Positions 12,601 through 23,974 of a stretch of DNA of 64,000 bases are shown piece by piece. The stretch covers positions 381,061 to 445,060 of the forward strand of contig ML996695.1 of assembly GCA_010356995.1 (NCBI GenBank). The letters run 5' to 3'. This DNA is from Trichodelitschia bisporula. Its lineage: Eukaryota. The notes beneath the pieces are model-generated. The model searched no databases and was not told the origin of the DNA. It worked only from the letters and a program-made list of their open reading frames with translations. The position numbers and the translations under genes are program-made. Within the stretch, counting starts at the first letter, position 1, and each line of letters starts with the position of its first letter.

Positions 12601-13546
12601 TTCTGGGAGTATCGGCGGGGAAGGGAGCAGTATGGGGGTGAGGCGGTGGTATGGAAGTGCGACAGAGCGGCGATTGATGTTTTATAGCTATGTGAGGATA
12701 GAGGTCATAGGCATTGTTTGCTGGGCACGCGATATCAGCGGTGGGGGGCTGCATTGGACTGAATTGTAGCCTACGGAAGATGGAGTAAGAAGGCTGCTAG
12801 CTTGTGACGAGAGCATCTCACGTTGCGTATGATGATGGGAGAGGCGGAGATGTTGAAGCTACGTTGGGGGACGAGGAGTTGAGATTAGGGGAAATTAGAT
12901 ACGGCTGGCGAATTACACGGCTGCGGATAGGGAGCGGGGGAGGCGGGGAGGGGCCTTGGGGGGATACTATGTATCCAGCGGGCGGTTTGCCTGCAAGCGA
13001 GATGTGTCCTGGGAAGCTCTCATCGGCTACGGATAGCAGTTGATGGAGCAGAAGGAGAAGGAGGGGGAAGAAGAGGTGGAGTTGGAGGAAGATGATGAGA
13101 GAGAAGAAGAAGAAGAGGTGAAGTCCAATGTGGAGAAGGAAGCAAGAGATACGGGCAGGCCACACGCAATCGCCGGTTGACGTCTAGAAATGTTTCGCCG
13201 TCCCTTCTCCTCCTCCTCCCCCTCCCCACGCTACTCTCTTCTTGGCCCATTCGTACCCCGGATCGCCGCTAACCACGAGCGGAAGAGGAAGAGTCACGAA
13301 GTGAGGCGTCGTCGGCGCAGACGATCACCACATTCAGCCTTATCACGCAGAGCACAGCTGCCGCAAGACTTCATTCATCTCTCTTTCTCTCTCTAACCAC
13401 ATGCGTCACAATCCTTTTTGCCCTCACTCGCCCACCAAATCCCCTCCCCTCTCGATCCACAATCACGTGACCATGGGCAATCCCTCCTCCGCCCCACCCC
13501 GGCCCATGAAGACAGCCTCATCGAAAAAAAGTTCCCAACGCGCACA

Positions 13547-14505
13547 ATGTCCCTCTCCCACCTCCGGCGACCAGCCGTCGCACTACTCCGCCAACCCCCA
13601 CAATGGCGCCCCTCCCTCACACATACACGGGCCCTCACCCTCACGCGCACCCTCCAAGCCCGCAGCGGCGCCCGCGGCGACCCAATGGAATACATGCGGC
13701 GAGGGGGTGAGTCGCAGCCGGCGCCGCGAGCCCAGGCGCGCGAGAGGGACGAGAGTAGCCTCCCGAAGGACGTCGGGCTATTCCCCGGTAACACCCTTTC
13801 CCAGTCCCCCCCCCACATCTCCGTCTAACGCACTCAGACACCCTCGTCATGCCAACGGGCCGCGCTCTCCCCTCCCTCATCTCCAACCCCCGCGACCGCC
13901 TCTTCCTCGAATACCAGCGACTGGTGCAGCGCCTCAAAGACGTAGGCAGCCAAGTACACACCCGCTTCGTGGCCTTCCGCGACCAGAAACAGGCGCCTAA
14001 GTTGGGACGCAAGACGATAGTCCCCGCTGCCAAGAGCTTGCATGTGCAGTTGTACGACTCGCTAGCTGCCGGCGATGTCGATGCGTTGCGGAGCATCTGC
14101 GGCGAGAACCTCTTTACGCAGTATGCGGCGAGGATTGGCCGCCGTGGACAGCACGACCGCTACGAGTGGACCTTGTTGAGCCACTCGAACCGGCCTCGCA
14201 TCGTTAGCAACAAGATTACGACGCTCCCGCTTCAGATTGGAAACAAGCCGGTTGCCTATCAACAGGCCGTTGTACTCATCCGCAGTCGCCAGCGGCTACG
14301 CAAGGGAAGGTACGATCCACTTGAGAAAGAGGTCAAGTGGAAATCTCCTTCTACGGAGAAGGAAAAGACCATCCCCGAATACATGGTGGTGCAAAGGCGC
14401 TTCATTCGGGATCAGTGGGAGCCGTGGATAGTCTGGGGCTTCATCACCCCGACAAGCGTCAAGGGGCTAAGGGAGTCGTTGTCGCAGGTCAACCTGGAGG
14501 AATAG
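13547..14505 (+). CDS. Mitochondrial Tim44-like domain protein (mL45/Mba1-like); intron 13788-13837
   Basis: Arg/Leu/Ser-rich presequence MSLSHLRRPAVALLR. C-terminal LYDSLAAGD, QQAVVLIRSRQ, EYMVVQRR, WIVWG pattern typical of Tim44-like folds. Confidence 0.75.
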
Positions 14506-14926
14506 AGCACAAAGGCGCCTATCTGGCGGGGAGAGAGCATGCCATGCTGGCAAATGTACAACAGTCAACAGATATATCTTTACTCGATGGCTACTGTAAA
14601 AAGCACCCTGTAGAGATCCCTCATTGTCCACGCAGAAACAGAGACCGAAACTTGGGCTGCCAATGTCACAACCCTCAACGCAAAAGCATAATAAAAACAA
14701 ACGGACAACATCCATAGCTACTTGCTCAACCGATAATCCACGGGTATCATCTCCGCATGCCGCCCCATTGTACATCCCAAAACGTAACCCAGCCATCACA
14801 AAACAACAAGGATGCGACTTTCTCATGTACCGATCCACCAGGTATGCTTCTCGATGAGAAAGTTGTCAAAGCCGAAAACCTCTTGCCGGGGTGGCGGGCG
14901 GGGGACTGCGACGAGTGACTTGTAGA

Positions 14927-15680
14927 CTAGAAACCGTGGACCTTTATGGTCTTGGAGTCAATGTCGAGCCCATCCTTGTCGATGAGGAAGTCCTTGACAG
15001 CATTGCGCTGATCGCCCTGAAGCTGAATCACGTCGCCAGCCTTCTCATCGTTCACGATGGTGCCATTGCAAGCAAACCGCTTCTTGATGACCTTCAGAAT
15101 CTTCTTCAGGTCAAACTTGTTGGGAATGCCTTCGATCGTAGTCAGAGTCTTGCGACCATTCCGCTCTGTAATGGGTGTTAGTTTGTGGACGGGCAAGAAT
15201 CTGCCGTTAGAGGCAAGAACTCACGCTGAATGCGGATATGGATATCTACGCCATGGTTAGCCTTTGCTGACAGGGGTATTCAGGGAGCGGGGTTACTAAC
15301 TCGTCTGCTGGGTTTTCTGACTAGTCTCTACGGTGTCCTGATCGGCTGCATCCGCAAAGGGATCTATGGCGAGTTAGCAGGTGCGTTCCAGCGTACAAAG
15401 GAGCAAGTGCAGTGCCGCCGGATGACGCCGATAGGTGACGCCGAACGCCGTGTCTCAGAAATGCGCCAAGTAAATACCGGATCCGCACTTGGACGACAAA
15501 GGACGGCGATGTAGGGGAGCATGAATGCGCAAACGTAGTGTAACATACCGAAAGACCTGGGCAACGTCAGTATCGATCGCTTCAAACTGTAGCAAGGAGG
15601 ATTTTGGAGATGAAGCGGGGGTGGTGGCAGAACGGATGGAAAAGCGGGACTTACTTAAGGTTCTGGATCTCCGTGGACAT
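14927..15680 (-). CDS. SUI1: Translation initiation factor eIF1 (118 aa; exons 15680-15655, 15556-15549, 15363-15301, 15245-15225, 15165-14927)
   Basis: Assembled MSTEIQNLKSFDPFADA...IHIRIQQRNGRKTLTTIEG...FACNG...IQLQGDQR...IKVHGF*. All introns are GT-AG with branch points and the exon lengths sum to 357 nt. Confidence 0.97.
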
Positions 15681-15683
15681 ACG
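15677..15683 (-). promoter_or_regulatory. Suboptimal start-codon context CGU-AUG-U of eIF1 (autoregulatory element)
   Basis: Minus strand reads CTCGT ATG TCC, the same poor context known for yeast SUI1. Confidence 0.8.
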
Positions 15684-16728
15684 AGATCTGTGGCGGTGCC
15701 TGGACTAAGTGTGTTGGAAGAGAAGGCTCGTGGAGACCTGCTGAGAGCTGGACTCGTGGGCTTGTTTGTTTTGGAGAGCGTGGGGATGTGGATGGAGTTG
15801 CTTTGGAGAGAATGGAGAATCACACGAGTTGTAGGTTCAGGGTTGAGTGATGGAGGGGAGGGGGGGTGGGTTCGAGCCAAGGGCTTCTTCGGGCAGCTTT
15901 TAATCCCGCCGGGTGGCCAGTGCTTGAGGGGAGGGGAGGGGGCAGTGTGAATGGATGACTGTGATTTGACTGGGGTGTCTGGGGCAAAGAATGGGAGGAG
16001 CGGAGAGAGAGAGAGAGAGGCGTGAGAGGGCAACACACATGACTATGGGGCTTAGATTGCTTGGCAAAAGGAAAGCTTGGTCAAAAGTGGCGGAGCATTC
16101 GAGAGACTGCCACTCACACGTGATCAAACCTGCCCCTCTTTCTTGTCTCTCTCGTCTTGTCTCTTGGGCAACGTCAACACTTCTCACTCCTCACTCCTCA
16201 CTCCTCACTCCCAATCGAGACGTCCTGATCTCGGACATTCGGAACAACTCCCGTCGGGCGAACGTGGACGCCTGCTATGGCCATCTGCTACGTACGGTAC
16301 GGTACATCGTTGCTCAAGGCTGGAAGAAGCTCTGTCCTGGCCTGTGAATCTGTGTAGTAGCTGGAAGATCATGTTTCGCTGTTATCGACACTTCGTACTG
16401 TAAATGGGCAACGTCTTCGCAGGAGGCAGCTCGGCCGTGCCTGTCCAAGTTTATGAGACATTTGCCTCACTGGCTATGATTCGATATGCATGTCTCTGCC
16501 AGGGACTCTCGGCATATTGGTCCCATTCCCAGGCATCAAGCCGGCAAGCCGATGCACAATCAAATCAGAGAACATATCGTGATATTCCTTTTGAAGACTG
16601 TCGCTCAAATCATCAAGTTGACAAACATCGTTAACCTATTCAAAGTCTCATGACAAAATATCAAGAAGCTAAGCGCGTTCCAAAGTGCCAACTTTTGTCA
16701 AACATCACCGGGCACAGTGCCGTCGGTC

Positions 16729-19700
16729 TCAAGCCCCAGTCCTCGGATGCAGAGTGAGATCCGACAGATGCGTGAGAACGCCAGGCTGAAGCCGTGAAGC
16801 CAATCCAGCAAACTGCCCCAAACCACCCAAGATCCCACCAACCCTCTGACCAGCAACAAGCCGCGACCCAAGCACCTTGTCTCCCCCAGCAGCGTCCAGC
16901 GTCGAAATCCCCACCTGAGCCTTGTCCAGCCCGACGGGAACTTTGAGCCGCAACCGGCCTTCGAGCACCAGGCCACCAGGCTGGACCATGTTGAACGAAT
17001 GCGTGTTCACCTTACCGGCAACCATCGACGTAACATCGAGCTTGGCAGAGCTCAGCCTCGCCGCCACGCTCTTGAGCTCGATCAAGCCAAGGCCAGGCTT
17101 GGGCAGCAGCGTAATGGCACCCGGAGCCGTGGCCGTGAGATCGAACTTCATGACTACCGAGTCATGCGTCATGCCCATGCGCTGCATCAGCGTGATGGTG
17201 TGCGTCTTCGCCCGCGCCGACGCAACCGTGATTTCGCTGTTAACCGTGCCCAGCGCCTTGGCTTCGATGTGTGTCGTCTCGCCCTGGTCGATGGGCGCTG
17301 AAATGGTAAACTGCGTGGTGCCCGATTTGACCAGTTGCTGGTGCGTGCCGCCGCCCTGCTTGCCGCGCACGCTGATCTGGAAGTTGTTGGTTGGCTGGAA
17401 GGGTGTAAGGCGTGATTCCAATGCCGTGAGCGGGAGGAGTGGGTTCAAGTTGATGGGCGTGCCGGCTGACAGCAGGCTCGAGAGCGCTGATGACGCGGGC
17501 TGCATCGGCAGGATGGAGGCATTTGGCGCTTGATATCCGCTCGTGAATTTTAGCTCCCCAACACCGCCGTCGCCGAACATGATGGGTGTGTTGACAAAGT
17601 ACCCGTCCAGCTTGCGCCCGGCTTGCAAGGCGCGGATGGCGCGGCCGCTGTGCGCGCTCAGGTCTCCGCCATCTGCCGAGTTGAGGCTTGCCGTCTCCGT
17701 GTCGTTCCCCATAACGATGATGGTGCCTGCGAGGATGAGGAGAATGGCATCCCAAACCGGAGTGCGAGGCGCCGCGTTCAGGACGCTCCATGGCATGTAG
17801 TGGAGCCTGCCCCCACTCCATTCGGCTCCTGCGTACAGATTGCCGCCATCATACTTCCACGTGTTGTTGGTATTGTCAACCTCAATTGTTCGGATCTGGT
17901 CCGGGAAGTTGGGATCATGGATTGAAATCTTCCACGGCCGCGAGGATGAGTCCCAACCGATTGGATATATAGTGTGTGGGGCACCGCTAAAATCCACATT
18001 CTGAGAGATACAGAGGACGGGGTGATCTCCGCTGTTGAAACGATCGCGACTGTCGTTGAAGACTCGGACTGGATTGTGCGTATTGCCGGCCAGGAAGGTG
18101 CCGACGAACCACCAAATAGGAGCTGCTCCCACCTGGTACAAGTGCTTCACATTGAACACTGGCTGAAGCTGATTCCAGTCACCGAAGCGGTTGATCGGAA
18201 GACTGAAAAGACTCAGACCATGGCGAGCGTAGATGGCCTCGAGAGACATGCCGAAGCAGTTTCCGCCCTTCGCCAGGTGCTTCGCAACGGCTTCGTAAAA
18301 CGCCTTGTCCAGCCAATCCAGCGGGTCGTACACCTCCGGCGACGAGTCAACATCGCGGAACGCTTCAGCGTAGGTTTGATAGCTGATCGGATCGTTGCCC
18401 CTGTTCCTTGCTCCGGCGCCCCAATACTTCTCGAGCTCGGTGAGCGCGGATAAGTTGACCTGGGGGTGGACGGCAGAAGTGATGTTGTTGATTTTAGCGA
18501 AACCTCCGGAGCTGAAGATACCATTGTTCTCTCGCAGACCCCAGGCATTGGCGGAATTGAGCTGCTTGGTCCATGTACCGAGATGATCGTCACCTCCGCC
18601 AAATGGCGCGCCGCCGTCCGAGTCCCAGACATCCAAAACAACGGTGATTTGCTTCGTCGGGTTGGGGGTCATGACGGTGGGGAACTCAATGTTGACATCC
18701 ATGTCATTGCGGCCATCCCAGGAGCCTGAGGACGGGAACCGCTCTCGATAGAGTGTGTTGTTGTCTTCGTTGATTGTCGCGCTGAAGTAGAGGTCGTTCT
18801 GGCCCATGAACAGCCCTTCACTCTCCACCGTGTTGAGATTCCCAACGAAAAATTTGAAGGGGTTGATGATCTGAATGGAGCTGAAGCTGCCGTACCAGGT
18901 GATGGCGCCGTTCTCGAAGCCATTCGTGCGGCCGCCGCCTGGGATATCCATCTCATCGGTCACTGGGAGGCCCAATCCGCTCAGAGGCCCCTTCAAGTCC
19001 ATCCATTTCGCACGAATGTCGCCGTAAATGATGTGGGCATTTGTCTGCGGCGACCAGTAGATGTCGCAACCTTCGAACTTGCTCAGGCGCACGTTCCGCT
19101 CCACGTTGCCATCCTTGACGCCTTTGACAATCATCTCATCAGACAGTGGGAAGCCCCACTTCGTAGGCCCTCCGGTATTCTGGTAGGCATCCCGGATGGA
19201 ACCTATGACAATATGTGCGCTCGGAGAGCCGTTGCGGTAGAGAGCAGTCGCTCTCTGCATCCGCTGAGAAACGCCGTTGGGAACATTCTGTGGAGGTTCC
19301 ACCGGCAATCCCCAGTCCTGGGACTCTCCAGTAGCTTCATAGTGCAGGTAGAGTTGAGCCGTCACTTCGAAGGCGCCAGTGGCAGACGACCAGTAGATAC
19401 CGCCTCCTTGGAACAGACTCTTCCGGGCACCTTGGACGTAGGCAGAGGTCTCGTCAGTGACGAGATATCCGAGCGCGGATCTGGTGGCATCCGAAAGCGC
19501 CCTGTATCTCTGCAAAATGATGCCGTACATGAGGAAGGCAGAGCTGGCAGCGGAGTGGTACATGATGACACCTTGGTTGTAGTTCTGACTCCAGGTTGCA
19601 GTCACGGCGCTGAAGGTAGTATTGGACGTGGGGACGCCCATGTCCATAACCAGGCGGCTCATTTCCAACTTGGTGGTGATGAACCACACCGGTGAGAAGC

Positions 19701-20331
19701 GTTGACCATCCATGATTGGCTCCAGCTCAATCGGGATCCCGAAGCCAACGCGGACGGAAGCCAGCTGGCCCATGAACCGATTTGCAGCGTCTTTGCCGCC
19801 AATGACGATAGTCTTGACTGCGTCGGAAAGCGCAATATTTCCCGTAGTTCCGAAGCCGTGGCAGCCAGCAGGGTTTCCATCAATGAAAAGAAAGAGCGTG
19901 TCCATGTCGTATGCAAACTGAGCCAAATGCCAGCCGGTTGTGAGGGTCGGGCTGGAGAAAGTGTCTGTCCCGCGCCAGGCGGTACTCCCCATGATTTTGA
20001 CAGACACGACCAATTTCACCGAGTTTCCTGTGCCAACAAGCTCCAGCATGAAAGGGAGCCGTTCCGATTCAACAAGCGTCTGACGTCCGGGTAAGGCATC
20101 AGCCTGAAAGACAACCGAGCCATTGAACCGAGCTTCGTTGATGACTTCCACGTTTTTGATATCTACCTGGATAGGACCGGACCCCAACCGAGCGGCCTGC
20201 GGGAAGTTTTGGCCCTGGAAAGCGCCTGGTCCGGTACCAATCGTGGCATCGGCGGCGAGCGTAACTGGGAGAGAGCCATCTGGATTGGCAACTTGCTTGC
20301 TCGTGAAGACATAATCGAGGAAATAGCTCAT
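16729..20331 (-). CDS. Intronless ~1200-aa multidomain protein: LamG/ConA-like + LGFP repeats + C2-like + putative papain-like (Cys-His-Asp) domain
   Basis: Single ORF with first ATG at 20331. GWHLAQFAYD..LFLFIDG (LamG-like). Repeats LGYLVTDE..FQGGGIYWS, WGFPLSDE..FEGCDIYWS, LGLPVTDE..FENGAITW. VWDSDG..DDHLG. GGNCFGMS...PHTIYP...IHDPNFP. Confidence 0.85.
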   Translation of the reverse strand: MSYFLDYVFTSKQVANPDGSLPVTLAADATIGTGPGAFQGQNFPQAARLGSGPIQVDIKNVEVINEARFNGSVVFQADALPGRQTLVESERLPFMLELVGTGNSVKLVVSVKIMGSTAWRGTDTFSSPTLTTGWHLAQFAYDMDTLFLFIDGNPAGCHGFGTTGNIALSDAVKTIVIGGKDAANRFMGQLASVRVGFGIPIELEPIMDGQRFSPVWFITTKLEMSRLVMDMGVPTSNTTFSAVTATWSQNYNQGVIMYHSAASSAFLMYGIILQRYRALSDATRSALGYLVTDETSAYVQGARKSLFQGGGIYWSSATGAFEVTAQLYLHYEATGESQDWGLPVEPPQNVPNGVSQRMQRATALYRNGSPSAHIVIGSIRDAYQNTGGPTKWGFPLSDEMIVKGVKDGNVERNVRLSKFEGCDIYWSPQTNAHIIYGDIRAKWMDLKGPLSGLGLPVTDEMDIPGGGRTNGFENGAITWYGSFSSIQIINPFKFFVGNLNTVESEGLFMGQNDLYFSATINEDNNTLYRERFPSSGSWDGRNDMDVNIEFPTVMTPNPTKQITVVLDVWDSDGGAPFGGGDDHLGTWTKQLNSANAWGLRENNGIFSSGGFAKINNITSAVHPQVNLSALTELEKYWGAGARNRGNDPISYQTYAEAFRDVDSSPEVYDPLDWLDKAFYEAVAKHLAKGGNCFGMSLEAIYARHGLSLFSLPINRFGDWNQLQPVFNVKHLYQVGAAPIWWFVGTFLAGNTHNPVRVFNDSRDRFNSGDHPVLCISQNVDFSGAPHTIYPIGWDSSSRPWKISIHDPNFPDQIRTIEVDNTNNTWKYDGGNLYAGAEWSGGRLHYMPWSVLNAAPRTPVWDAILLILAGTIIVMGNDTETASLNSADGGDLSAHSGRAIRALQAGRKLDGYFVNTPIMFGDGGVGELKFTSGYQAPNASILPMQPASSALSSLLSAGTPINLNPLLPLTALESRLTPFQPTNNFQISVRGKQGGGTHQQLVKSGTTQFTISAPIDQGETTHIEAKALGTVNSEITVASARAKTHTITLMQRMGMTHDSVVMKFDLTATAPGAITLLPKPGLGLIELKSVAARLSSAKLDVTSMVAGKVNTHSFNMVQPGGLVLEGRLRLKVPVGLDKAQVGISTLDAAGGDKVLGSRLVAGQRVGGILGGLGQFAGLASRLQPGVLTHLSDLTLHPRTGA

Positions 20332-21657
20332 GATGAAAGTTGCTGTTCTCAGTTTACTCAAAATGGAAGGTGGACTGCTGTAAGTATGAGGCAGCGGCTT
20401 CCGGTTCTTTTAAGTTCAGCACTCCATCGCCTCGTGGAAGCCCAGGACACATCGTAGAGGTCATTTCAGCCCCCATCGCCTTCAGCAGAGGACTGGATGC
20501 GCCAAGATGGACTGACCCGGAGCTGGATAGCCACATTGCCCTCATGGTCGAGGCGGAGCATCATGTGGGGGATTAACGGCAGAAACGCACCAGGATTGGA
20601 CCATGAATGGTAACGAGTGCTGTGAGGGGTTGATAGAAGTGGTGAGAGGCAGCATCTGCCGTACAGCGGGACTGAAGTTGTAAAACTGCAGGAGTACATG
20701 TTCGTGGAGCAGCGCCAACTTTTTGTATTTTATCCAAGTGATGTGGATCTTACCTTCCTGTCATGTACGTAGTGGAGAGATAGGTAAGTTCTAGCTTAGA
20801 GATGTAACTTGAATGCTCTGTATTTTACGACTTTCAAGATAGCCACGTTCAAACTCTTGGGGAAGAGGGCGTTTGTTCGCTAACGGCGATCAGAACATTA
20901 GCAGATATCACGAAGCTCCGCCAAATACTGGTAGGCATCCTCATTGCATAGGATTCCATGATGGAACAGCTGAAGGAAGAGGCGGGGTAAAGAGCTTGGC
21001 TAGAAAGCTTGTATTAGCAACTGCGGTAGGCGGAGAGTCCGCTAAATATCACATTTGATGCATCTAGCCGCAGCTGAAAGTCGAAAGCAAGGAATATGCG
21101 AGGCAGTAGACTGCTCGAATGAAACTGCCTGCGTTCATGTGCAACTTTGAAATGCACCAATACTCCTGGGAGATTTCAGCCATTTTCCTGTACATGGAAA
21201 GGATCACAAACCGGCCCGTGTTACGTAGGTGCATTCAATACTCCCTCACGTTCGTGGCCACCTGTGATGTAGGCACGAGCGAAATATGATGCTTGTATGT
21301 GGATTTGAACGACTGCATGGAGTGAAGCTGCAGGACATCTGCTTTACGAGCCACCCACCAAGCTGCTGGCATCGGTTAGGACTCAGAGACGTCTCTGTTC
21401 AGTGGTGATGCACGGTTTTTGTCTCGAAGACTACAAGAGGGACGTTGAATCGAAGTGGAGCCCAGGCCCGGCCTGGATGTACCAACCCGAAAAAGCAATT
21501 AGCGCCAGATTTGGGGGCGGAAACCCTGCATCTCCACGTGCATTCGCGATCGCGCTTACAGCACCGCGCTTACGCGACGTGACGTCCATATCTACTCCGA
21601 ATTATCAACTTCTTGATAGCAATCCATCAATACAGTTCTCTCAGACTCCCGATCATC

Positions 21658-22529
21658 ATGCCACCACGCAAACGAGCTGCTGCCGCGGACGCTGAAGCAC
21701 CGCCCACAAAGCAGCAAAAGAAGACCTCCACCCCGGCTCCCAGCCAGCGAATAACGCGCCAAAGCGTGAGGTCCGGAGGCACAGCAACACCTGCAGTCGA
21801 AGCTGTGACTGAAGGCAAGGCAACAAAGGCGAAGCGGGCGCCTGCACCCCGAAAAGTCACGCCAGCGCCGTCAAAGGCAAAGAAATCCAAAGAGTCCAGA
21901 ACATCACCGCCTTCCAATGCAGCCCCTGCATCTGCAGCCGCTGGAGACCCAGAACGACAACCGGGGGAGAGGCGCTACTGGCTCATGAAGGCTGAGCCCA
22001 ACTCTCGGATTGAGAAGGGTATCGACGTCAAGTTCTCTATCGATGATTTGGCGGCAAAGACGGAGCCGGAGACTTGGGATGGAATCCGGAACCACGTGGC
22101 CAAGAACAACCTTCTTGCCATGAAGAAGGGTGACTTGGCCTTCTTTTATCACAGCAACTGTAAAGTGCCGGGAGTAGTCGGGATTATGGAGATTGTGGGG
22201 GAGGCACAAGTGGATGGTAAGTCTCACGTCCCGGAGGAGCGCCATGACTGATTTGCTCGATAGAAACTGCCTGGGATCCCAAATCGCCCTACTACGATCC
22301 CAAATGTTCATCTGATAAACCAAAATGGTTTTGCCCTTTGGTAGAGTTCAGAAAGAAGTTCAACACCATCGTGACGCTTGAGACGCTGAAGAAGGAATGC
22401 CAACCGGGGACGCCGCTTGCGAATATCCAGCTTCTTAAACTGAGCCGCCTCAGCGTCAGTAAAGTGTCAAGAGACGAGTGGGATCACATCATCAAACTGG
22501 CCGAACAGCAAGAAGCTGCTGGAGAGTGA
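21658..22529 (+). CDS. EVE-domain protein (thymocyte nuclear protein 1-like); intron 22217-22263
   Basis: YWLMKAEP, KFSIDDL, WDGIRNHVAKN, GDLAFFYHSNCKVPG, PYYDPK, SRLSVSKV; basic N-terminal tail. Confidence 0.93.
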
Positions 22530-23553
22530 GCAATGGACTGTCGTAAACCCAAATACAAGTAGCCTCCCAGGTTATAATAATAATTGCAAGCCGGGATGGC
22601 TAACGGCAGCGGACTCCGTCGCCCATCCCATGGAACAACATTCTGCAGATCTCGACACGTTTAGCCTGATACATTTACCACTCGAGTCTCTTTTCCACAC
22701 CAGTCGTACAGTTTCTGGCCTCAGGAGTTTTGGTCCGATCAGAAATGCCGCTACGCTCGTGAAAGCCCTCCCAGTCCTAGTCCCAATGGTGTGTTGAATT
22801 TTTATCTGGATAATCCAGCTAGTAACGCTAGTGGGATGTTGCTCATCGGCCCTGAAGCGTGCGGGGCGCGGTACTTGGGGGTACTTTGATACTCCCTAAC
22901 TAGAATGTGATGTGGTAATAGATTCACCTTCTGCGTTTCAGGAGGATGATGACTCTAGTCTTTCGCTTTGTGTTTGCCATACAAACGAAGCTAAGATTCC
23001 TAGGCTTCGGCGGATGACTAGTACTGTCACTATGACCTCCAAACTCACCTTCGTGTCCCCATGGTAGTCCTGGTTCTTGGTAGAAGCGTAGCATAGATGT
23101 ATTCGCTTCGCTTCCACGCTGACTCCAACTTTCAGGGGCCCCCGCTTCGGTCAAAAGCGCTCTTAGCAAACACGCAGCCAATAAATCTCCAGCCTTCGCC
23201 CTCTCTCCGTTGGCGATCAGCTACGGTTCTTAATCAGCAGCCCATCACTTGAAAATATCACCCAGAAGTCTTCACCCTGCCACACCGTGCACTATACCGA
23301 AACCGTTACGGCACCGAACGACTCAAGATCTCTGGATCTTTTCTCCTTCGCCGTGGCCTTTTTCAGTTCTCACCGATCTGAACTGCTTCAGGCAAGCCTT
23401 GTCGACGCCAAATTCTAAAGTTGGACAGCAGCAAATAAACGCACGGAAGCACTTGAGCATAACTACACAACATATATCATCTTTTTCCCTATGATTCTTA
23501 CGTCGACGCCTATGCTATACGGGGAGAATGCAAGACCACGCTCCGCTCCCGTT

Positions 23554-23645
23554 CTCTATTTTATAGCATTTTTCTGCTGTATAGCACTTGTCTGCTTAAC
23601 GGCATTTTTCTGCTTAACAGCACTCTTGCTTAATGGCGTTCTTCT
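23554..23645. repeat. Degenerate 18-bp tandem repeat (4-5 units)
   Basis: Minus-strand units AGTGCTGTTAAGCAGAAA / AATGCCGTTAAGCAGACA / AGTGCTATACAGCAGAAA / AATGCTATAAAATAGAGA. Confidence 0.7.
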
Positions 23646-23974
23646 ACTTTGCGAGCTTTGGCGGATGAGTTAGAATGGTGGGGAGAAGATGAGGAGAGAT
23701 CATGGTGTTAAAGGGTTAGGACAGCTCTCACCACATGGTCGTCCTCAGCGAGACATTGTTAACTCGCAATTCCCTCGCACACTTCCACTTGCGAGCATTT
23801 GATTGAGCGCGCCTTGAAATCCCGTTGACCAGATCCATTTCGGCAAGATATCGGACTATAAACGAAATGCAATCGAAAAAGTTGTTACTCCTGCAAGGTA
23901 ATATTTGTACACATTACTGAACGGGGATATCGGACAAAACAACTACGATGTCCACCTAGCTCCACAACTCAGGT

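Noticed and set aside
20784..20893. Plus-strand intron-like signal GTAAGT...GCTAAC...CAG upstream of the LGFP gene
   Set aside because: I could not assemble flanking exons into a coherent ORF; at most a divergent noncoding transcript.
23710..23722. Telomerase-template-like CCTAACCCT on the minus strand
   Set aside because: A 9-nt match is expected by chance, and I recognised no pseudoknot or CR4/5 element.
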